Positions 55,622-64,000 of a stretch of DNA of 64,000 bases are shown in pieces. Within the stretch, counting starts at the first letter, position 1. Each line of letters begins with the position of its first letter. Under the pieces are notes generated by a model that saw nothing but the letters and a program-made list of their open reading frames with translations, searched no databases and had not been told where the DNA came from. Origin of the DNA: Eledone cirrhosa (Eukaryota). The stretch spans positions 23,126,001-23,190,000 of the forward strand of contig OZ024741.1 of NCBI GenBank assembly GCA_964016885.1, written 5' to 3'. Position numbers and translations under genes: made by a program.

Positions 55622-56677
55622 AATGAAAGCGAGAGAACATCAACACTTATTTGTGTTCATTAGTTGTTTATAATTTAGTCATAACAATTTAGTCATTTAA
55701 CATTGTTTTGTGCAAATATTGTTATTTGAACCTAAAATAAAAATGTTTAAAAAAGTATTTTAACATTTCACCTTTGTTGGTTCTCAGCAGAGCTGTTCTA
55801 CTAGAGAATGGGTGGCAAATAGTGATACCGACACCAGATATGATGGTTAGTTGCGATATAAGTGGGCAGCTGCTGGACAAATAAACAACCCTGGACTAAT
55901 AGCGGTAAACTAGTAGAGGAGATGGAGTAATGGGTGACACCTGAAGATCCCAAGAAAACTCTTACAACCCAGTGACATAGCTACGATGAGGCAAGTAAAG
56001 GCAGCCTCTAAAAAGGCCTAGTCTTCCTGGGTTTGAGAAAATACTAGATCGGTGACTAGTGTGATTAAGACTACCGAAACTGCAATATGATGAAAAGTAC
56101 AAAAAAGAACATACCACATCATCCTTCGCACGGGTTAACCTTAGTTGGTTGCTTCATTATGTTAGAGAAATAAACTCAAATTACTGGGTAAAACAGGGTC
56201 GGGGTTAATTTGCTTTCAAGTTGGCACAGGGTAAATGGGATGAAAAAAGGTTGGGAACAACTGGCTTAAGACAAGAGTAAACTTATGGCTGTGTTGAGAA
56301 TGCAAAGAATGAGTTAAATGAATGTGACAAACTTGTGATTAATGTTATTTAGTGAGAGAGGGGGGGGGGATAGGGAGATAGAGAGAAAGAAAGAATAGAG
56401 GGAAATTGAAAGATAATCAAGATAAAATTTAGATTCAATTGAACAAAGGTTTATGTCATTTGTGTTTCTGAAACAAAACAAAAAATATTCTCTCAGAGCC
56501 TTCATAATAAGAACTTTGTTAAGGTCATGAGGAATTAATGGGATTTATTTTAAATGTCTAATTCCAGCTACATACCACGAGATAGAGAAACACAATGGAT
56601 ACTCAAATATCAAGTTGAGTTGAACCTAGTTTTTCTTTACTGGAGTTCAACACATTACTACTAAATACGATTTCAAT

Positions 56678-56998
56678 AGTTTGACACACACACAACACAC
56701 TAGTTTGCCAACTGACACACACACATGTAATTTATTAACACACCCACACACACAGTTTGCCAACTGACACACACACACAATTTATTGACATACACAGTTT
56801 ACCAACTGACACTGACACACACACACAATTTATTAAATGATGCTAAAGTAAATTTCAAAAGACCATCTATGTGGTTTCTCGTTTTCATTCTTACTCTGAC
56901 AAAATATAACATATGGAGAGTCTTTAACACATGAACAGATATACATACATGTGTATGTGTGTATATAGTCTTTAACACATGAACAGATATACATGTAT
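56678..56998. repeat. CA-rich degenerate minisatellite plus a 28-bp direct duplication
   Basis: agtttgccaactgacacacac occurs 3-4 times. agtctttaacacatgaacagatatacat occurs twice (about 56919 and 56968). Confidence 0.75.
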
Positions 56999-56999
56999 G

Positions 57000-57262
57000 T
57001 AGCTCTGTCAAAGAGACAAGTTGTGGGAAAACGTGCCTGACAAAATGTGACCACATGTACTGACTATCCAGGAATCTTTGTAGAAGCTCTAACCTCTGTA
57101 CATCAACCACAGAATACCCAGTTCCCTGTGTCAAGGGTATTGGCAGCAGATAAATCACATGAGCAGTGCAATGTATGCCTTCCACAAGAAGCCAAAAAAG
57201 CAGATGTTTAAATCTCGTCAGACCAAAGTTAAGGCAAGGTATGATAGTCAGACAGTAATATA
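57000..57262 (-). pseudogene. Tx1/L1-clade LINE ORF2 relic (region downstream of the RT domain)
   Basis: Across frameshifts: YYCLTIIPC..LTRFKHLLF / GFLWKA..ICCQYP*HRELGILWLM / RLELLQRFLD..WSHFVRHVFPQLVSLTEL. This matches the F(L/I)W...P...GGLG pattern of L1/Tx1 ORF2. Confidence 0.65.
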
Positions 57263-57470
57263 AAATGGTTTCTGATTTAGATACAAGGACAACAATTTGG
57301 AGGAGGGGAAAGTCGATTAAATCAATCCCAGTGCGTTATTGGTATTTTATTTTATCAACCCCATAAGGATGAAAGGCAAAGCTAACCTCAGTGGGTGGGA
57401 TTTGAACTCAGAACCTAAAGGACTGTAACGATGACACGAAGCATGTTGCATGACGCTCTACCAACAAGGC
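57263..57470 (-). mobile_element. Type-1 tRNA-SINE
   Basis: aatggtttctgatttagatacaagg...ccccataaggatgaaaggcaaagctaacctc...gggatttgaactcagaa is the reverse complement of the 7301 and 7489 copies. Confidence 0.85.
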
Positions 57471-58560
57471 AGTAGTATATAATGGAAGCAATATCCATTA
57501 CCTCTATTATCTCTGCCTGACCTTTCAGCCCATTTCTGGGTGAGTCTGGTTACTCCTAACATTGTCCCAGTTAATATCCACCTAGAGTGAATCAGACCTC
57601 AATTAACTTAATTTCTCTATCTCTCTGGGTTAATCCTTGTTCCTGTCACTACTTTGTATTCATTTAGGATGGTGATGACCATATTAATTTCTGGGGTGTT
57701 TAACACCATTACAATGACACCTTCTCTGGTATAGCAACATGGTCCTCCCATGTCCCAGTGTGAACACAATACCCTTTAATACCTCCAGTTTCTACAGTAA
57801 TGTCTCAACAGTTACTACAGAATGGATGAGAAATGGCTCTCTTAATGGATTGAACAACAACAAAAATAATGCTTATTCTTCATGTCAATAACATATGGAA
57901 ATATCAACTTTAAAATGTTTTTCTTTTATTAATATTTGGACATTAAATAGAAAATTTACTGAAATCGTACAAGCATATAAACTAAAAAAAAACATTGTCA
58001 CAGAAATATTTCCTTCTTAGCAAGAAAAGATATCTTTTAAAGTAAAACTGAATATATGTGAAATACAGAACAAATGAAAAAATAATGGTAACTTATTTCA
58101 ATTTGCTTATTTTTAATCCCAATTTATGCAGTCCCCTTCGTTTATTTATCTATTTAATTATTTTACATTTGAATTCTAAAATAAATAATGAATAACATCA
58201 TATGAAAACAAAAAGATAAATATTTTATCCTTCAGAACATCTGCAACAAGAAATTGTGCAGCAAAAAGTATGGCGGAATTGCTCATCTATGATAAAAAGC
58301 TTAGAGCAAATAAAAAGCAGATGGCAGCATACAGTAAAAGTATGAATAAAATATAAAATAAATATAATTTCAAAATCAGTTTTTCTCTAAAATGTAACTA
58401 GAAATAACAGTCTATATATCTTCAGTGCAAGGTAAATTAAAGTTTTATGCTTCATACTCCATATTTAATATTAAGTTAACATTTCCTTTCATGGCAATGT
58501 ACGGACTTTCACTCACCAAATAGTTTTCTTTTTGCTTTATATATTATTATTATTATTACA

Positions 58561-58706
58561 CATGCTAGCATGGAAAAACAGACATTAAACAATGATGATG
58601 ATTGAGTACAATACTAACTGCTTTGTGTTATCTAGAACCTTATGGTTACGGGTTCAAACCTTGCCAGAGTAATATGTACCTTTCATCCTCACAAGGATAA
58701 AATAAA
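58561..58706 (+). mobile_element. Family-B tail remnant followed by a decayed type-1 SINE fragment
   Basis: catgctagcatggaaaaacagacattaaacaatgatgatg, then gggttcaaacc...cctttcatcctcacaaggataaaataa. Confidence 0.6.
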
Positions 58707-58728
58707 TATAATAATATATCAATGTATT

Positions 58729-58941
58729 TTTCTTCTTTGCCCACTTATTCCAGAGAGGGACATGAAGGCAGAGTCCTCAAGAACTCCTTCCAGTGGGTCC
58801 TGTCAGAAGTAATCGTCTAACTGATCCAGCTGGATCCCCAAGCGAGACCAGCCAAACTCATGGATGTTATCCAACCATCTTGCTCCGGGTCTACCCCTGG
58901 TTCTCCAGCTGGTTGGTTTTGCTTGTAAAATCTGTCCAGCA
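58729..58941 (-). mobile_element. RTE family-A 3' end, continuous with the 97-bp array
   Basis: The reverse complement aligns to 1035-1223 (shared translation EQDGWITSMSLAGLAWGSS). Ends taagtgggcaaagaaga. Confidence 0.92.
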
Positions 58942-61900
58942 ATTCTTTCCTGAGACATTCTAACCACATGTCCATAGTATTGGAGCTGTGATCTATCAAT
59001 TTAGAGAAGGACCAGCTCTACCTGGCATGACTCCTGTGATTCTTTCCTGAGACATTCTAACCATATGTCCATAGTATTGGAGCTGTGATCTCTCAATTTA
59101 GAGAAGGACCAGCTCTACCTGGCGGCATGACTCCTGTGATTCTTTCCTGAGACATTCTAACCATATGTCCATAGTATTGGAGCTGTGATCTCTCAATTTA
59201 GAGAAGGACCAGCTCTACCTGGCATGACTCCTGTGATTCTTTCCTGAGACATTCTAACCATATGTCCATAGTATTGGAGCTGTGATCTCTCAATTTAGAG
59301 AAGGACCAGCTCTACCTGGCATGACTCCTGTGATTCTTTCCTGAGACATTCTAACCATATGTCCATAGTATTGGAGCTGTGATCTCTCAATTTAGAGAAG
59401 GACCAGCTCTACCTGGCATGACTCCTGTGATTCTTTCCTGAGACATTCTAACCATATGTCCATAGTATTGGAGCTGTGATCTCTCAATTTAGAGAAGGAC
59501 CAGCTCTACCTGGCATGACTCCTGTGATTCTTTCCTGAGACATTCTAACCATATGTCCATAGTATTGGAGCTGTGATCTCTCAATTTAGAGAAGGACCAG
59601 CTCTACCTGGCATGACTCCTGTGATTCTTTCCTGAGACATTCTAACCATATGTCCATAGTATTGGAGCTGTGATCTCTCAATTTAGAGAAGGACCAGCTC
59701 TACCTGGCATGACTCCTGTGATTCTTTCCTGAGACATTCTAACCATATGTCCATAGTATTGGAGCTGTGATCTCTCAATTTAGAGAAGGACCAGCTCTAC
59801 CTGGCATGACTCCTGTGATTCTTTCCTGAGACATTCTAACCACATGTCCATAGTATTGGAGCTGTGATCTATCAATTTAGAGAAGGACCAGCTCTACCTG
59901 GCATGACTCCTGTAATTCATTCCTGAGACATTCTAACCACATGTCCATAGTATTGGAGCTGTGATCTATCAATTTAGAGAAGGACCAGCTCTACCTGGCA
60001 TGACTCCTGTGATTCTTTCCTGAGACATTCTAACCACATGTCCATAGTATTGGAGCTGTGATCTATCAATTTAGAGAAGGACCAGCTCTACCTGGCATGA
60101 CTCCTGTAATTCATTCCTGAGACATTCTAACCACATGTCCATAGTATTGGAGCTGTGATCTATCAATTTAGAGAAGGACCAGCTCTACCTGGCATGACTC
60201 CTGTAATTCATTCCTGAGACATTCTAACCACATGTCCATAGTATTGGAGCTGTGATCTATCAATTTAGAGAAGGACCAGCTCTACCTGGCATGACTCCTG
60301 TGATTCTTTCCTGAGACATTCTAACCATATGTCCATAGTATTGGAGCTGTGATCTCTCAATTTAGAGAAGGACCAGCTCTACCTGGCATGACTCCTGTGA
60401 TTCTTTCCTGAGACATTCTAACCACATGTCCATAGTATTGGAGCTGTGATCTCTCAATTTAGAGAAGGACCAGCTCTACCTGGCATGACTCCTGTGATTC
60501 TTTCCTGAGACATTCTAACCACATGTCCATAGTATTGGAGCTGTGATCTATCAATTTAGAGAAGGACCAGCTCTACCTGGCATGACTCCTGTGATTCTTT
60601 CCTGAGACATTCTAACCACATGTCCATAGTATTGGAGCTGTGATCTATCAATTTAGAGAAGGACCAGCTCTACCTGGCATGACTCCTGTGATTCTTTCCT
60701 GAGACATTCTAACCACATGTCCATAGTATTGGAGCTGTGATCTATCAATTTAGAGAAGGACCAGCTCTACCTGGCATGACTCCTGTGATTCTTTCCTGAG
60801 ACATTCTAACCACATGTCCATAGTATTGGAGCTGTGATCTATCAATTTAGAGAAGGACCAGCTCTACCTGGCATGACTCCTGTGATTCTTTCCTGAGACA
60901 TTCTAACCACATGTCCATAGTATTGGAGCTGTGATCTATCAATTTAGAGAAGGACCAGCTCTACCTGGCATGACTCCTGTGATTCTTTCCTGAGACATTC
61001 TAACCATATGTCCATAGTATTGGAGCTGTGATCTCTCAATTTAGAGAAGGACCAGCTCTACCTGGCATGACTCCTGTGATTCTTTCCTGAGACATTCTAA
61101 CCACATGTCCATAGTATTGGAGCTGTGATCTATCAATTTAGAGAAGGACCAGCTCTACCTGGCATGACTCCTGTGATTCTTTCCTGAGACATTCTAACCA
61201 CATGTCCATAGTATTGGAGCTGTGATCTATCAATTTAGAGAAGGACCAGCTCTACCTGGCATGACTCCTGTGATTCTTTCCTGAGACATTCTAACCATAT
61301 GTCCATAGTATTGGAGCTGTGATCTCTCAATTTAGAGAAGGACCAGCTCTACCTGGCATGACTCCTGTAATTCATTCCTGAGACATTCTAACCACATGTC
61401 CATAGTATTGGAGCTGTGATCTCTCAATTTAGAGAAGGACCAGCTCTACCTGGCATGACTCCTGTGATTCTTTCCTGAGACATTCTAACCACATGTCCAT
61501 AGTATTGGAGCTGTGATCTCTCAATTTAGAGAAGGACCAGCTCTACCTGGCATGACTCCTGTGATTCTTTCCTGAGACATTCTAACCACATGTCCATAGT
61601 ATTGGAGCTGTGATCTCTCAATTTAGAGAAGGACCAGCTCTACCTGGCATGACTCCTGTGATTCTTTCCTGAGACATTCTAACCACATGTCCATAGTATT
61701 GGAGCTGTGATCTATCAATTTAGAGAAGGACCAGCTCTACCTGGCATGACTCCTGTGATTCTTTCCTGAGACATTCTAACCACATGTCCATAGTATTGGA
61801 GCTGTGATCTCTCAATTTAGAGAAGGACCAGCTCTACCTGGCATGACTCCTGTGATTCTTTCCTGAGACATTCTAACCATATGTCCATAGTATTGGAGCT

Positions 61901-62334
61901 GTGATCTCTCAATTTAGAGAAGGACCAGCTCTACCTGGCATGACTCCTGTGATTCTTTCCTGAGACATTCTAACCACATGTCCATAGTATTGGAGCTGTG
62001 ATCTATCAATTTAGAGAAGGACCAGCTCTACCTGGCATGACTCCTGTGATTCTTTCCTGAGACATTCTAACCACATGTCCATAGTATTGGAGCTGTGATC
62101 TCTCAATTTAGAGAAGGACCAGCTCTACCTGGCATGACTCCTGTGATTCTTTCCTGAGACATTCTAACCACATGTCCATAGTATTGGAGCTGTGATCTCT
62201 CAATTTAGAGAAGGACCAGCTCTACCTGGCATGACTCCTGTGATTCTTTCCTGAGACATTCTAACCACATGTCCATAGTATTGGAGCTGTGATCTATCAA
62301 TTTAGAGAAGGACCAGCTCTACCTGGCATGACTC
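58942..62334 (-). repeat. Tandem array of 35 x 97 bp derived from RTE ORF2 sequence
   Basis: Unit attctttcctgagacattctaacca(c/t)atgtccatagtattggagctgtgatct(c/a)tcaatttagagaaggaccagctctacctggcatgactcctgtg is homologous to the reverse complement of about 939-1035. Span is 3393 bp. Confidence 0.97.
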
Positions 62335-62372
62335 TCATCATAGTTTAACATCCATTTTCCACGCTAGCATGA
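62335..62372 (-). mobile_element. Family-B tail remnant abutting the 97-bp array
   Basis: tcatcatagtttaacatccattttccacgctagcatg. Confidence 0.65.
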
Positions 62373-62497
62373 GTAGGACTATCAATGTTTATAATCCTTA
62401 TTATATCATTCTTTCTTAGAAAACTGATGCACTGCTAAGTTATAGAAAAGTCATTACTACTTTATATATATATAAGTTTCTGTAATTCTGTCACAAC

Positions 62498-62555
62498 ATG
62501 TAAAGAGAGAGGAGTAGTTTGACTACCTCATACTACTACTCCTCTCTCTTTACAT
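62498..62555. other. Perfect inverted repeat with 21-bp arms and a 16-nt loop
   Basis: atgtaaagagagaggagtagt (62498-62518) pairs with actactcctctctctttacat (62535-62555). Confidence 0.9.
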
Positions 62556-62646
62556 CTGCCTGCGTGAATGTATGTGTGTGTAAAAGGAAGGCAGTGGGTG
62601 GTGAAAAAAATATAGCAAAATAGGGGCTGGCATTCCATTTTCTTAT

Positions 62647-64000
62647 GGTGTGCGCGTGTGCGCGCGCGTGCGTGTGCTTTTGTGCGAGTGTGTTTGTGTG
62701 TGTGAGAATGTGTGTGTGTGAATGTGTTTGTGTGTGTGTGAATGTGTTTGTGTGTGTGAGTGCGTGTGTGTGAGTGCGTGAGTGCGTGAGTGCGTGTGTG
62801 TGTGTGAGTGCGTGTGTGTGTGTGAGTGCGTGTGTGTGTGTGAGTGCGTGTGTGTGTGTGAGTGCGTGTGTGTGTGTGAGTGCGTGTGTGTGTGTGAGTG
62901 CGTGTGTGTGTGAGTGCGTGTGTGTGTGAGTGCGTGTGTGTGTGAGTGCGTGTGTGTGTGAGTGCGTGTGTGTGTGAGTGCGTGTGTGTGTGAGTGCGTG
63001 TGTGTCTGTGTGCGTGTGTGTCTGTGTGCGTGTGTGTCTGTGTGCGTGTGTGTCTGTGTGCGTGTGTGTCTGTGTGCGTGTGTGTCTGTGCGTGTGTGTC
63101 TGTGTGCGTGTGTGTCTGTGTGCGTGTGTGTCTGTGTGCGTGTGTGTCTGTGTGCGTGTGTGTCTGTGTGCGTGTGTGTCTGTGTGCGTGTGTGTCTGTG
63201 TGCGTGTGTGTCTGTGTGCGTGTGTGTCTGTGTGCGTGTGTGTCTGTGTGAACGTGTCTGTGTGAACGTGTCTGTGTGAACGTGTTTGTGTGAACGTGTT
63301 TGTGTGAACGTGTTTGTGTGAACGTGTTTGTGTGAACGTGTTTGTGTGAACGTGTTTGTGTGAACGTGTGAACGTGTTTGTGTGTTTGTGTGAACGTGTT
63401 TGTGTGTTTGTGTGAACGTGTTTGTGTGTTTGTGTGAACGTGTTTGTGTGTTTGTGTGAACGTGTTTGTGTGTTTGTGTGAACGTGTTTGTGTGTTTGTG
63501 TGAACGTGTTTGTGTGTTTGTGTGAACGTGTTTGTGTGTTTGTGTGAACGTGTTTGTGTGTTTGTGTGAACGTGTTTGTGTGTTTGTGTGAACGTGTTTG
63601 TGTGTTTGTGTGAACGTGTTTGTGTGTTTGTGTGAATGTGTGTGTGTGAATGTGTGTGTGTGAATGTGTGTGTGAATGCGTGTGTGTGAATGCGTGTGTG
63701 TGAATGCGTGTGTGTGAATGCGTGTGTGTGAATGCGTGTGTGTGAATGCGTGTGTGTGAATGCGTGTGTGTGTGAATGCGTGTGTGTGTGAATGCGTGTG
63801 TGTGTGAATGCGTGTGTGTGTGAATGCGTGTGTGTGAATGCGTGTGTGTGAATGCTTGTGTGTGAATGCTTGTGTGTGAATGCTTGTGTGTGAATGCTTG
63901 TGTGTGAATGCTTGTGTGTGAATGCTTGTGTGTGAATGCTTGTGTGTGAATGTGTGTGTGTGAATGTATGTGTGTGAATGTATGTGTGTGTGTGAATGTA
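62647..64000. repeat. Compound (TG)n-based micro/minisatellite running off the window end
   Basis: Successive blocks: gagtgc(gt)n, gtgtgtgtctgtgtgc, gtgtgaacgtgttt, a 22-bp unit gtgtgaacgtgtttgtgtgttt, gaatgc(gt)n, and gaatgcttgtgtgt. Confidence 0.97.

Noticed and set aside
55940-56080. Hammerhead-like motifs (ctgaaga...gaaa; gatgag...cgaaac)
   Set aside because: I could not form stems I-III around the core.
58950-58965. Shared 10-mer agacattcta between the 49/51-bp and 97-bp monomers, suggesting a common RTE origin
   Set aside because: The similarity does not extend beyond about 12 bp, and the SINE-head alignment explains more of the monomer.
62962-63279. Cys/Val-rich ORFs, and likewise those at 7844-8275 and 2466-2690
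   Set aside because: Translations of simple repeats that are open in several frames.

Overview
AT-rich, repeat-dominated eukaryotic DNA with no confidently identifiable host gene and no prokaryotic-type system. The tRNA-derived SINEs and RTE/Tx1 LINE relics resemble my recollection of octopus/coleoid repeats; this is inference and was not checked by search. A 40.8-kb satellite of 49/51-bp monomers (11831-52592) dominates the window, with kb-scale higher-order duplications and two variant-defined domains. By hand alignment, its monomer looks like the 5' head of a tRNA-SINE present nearby. A second array, 35 x 97 bp (58942-62334), is demonstrably an amplified internal piece of a truncated RTE LINE. 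Other content: a near-intact CR1-type ORF2 (APE+RT, 3 frameshifts) nested in a piggyBac-type MITE whose empty twin lies 400 bp upstream; RTE and Tx1/L1 relics; SINEs; MITE remnants; mini- and microsatellites; and a perfect 21-bp-stem hairpin. Most ORFs in the supplied track are repeat-translation artefacts.
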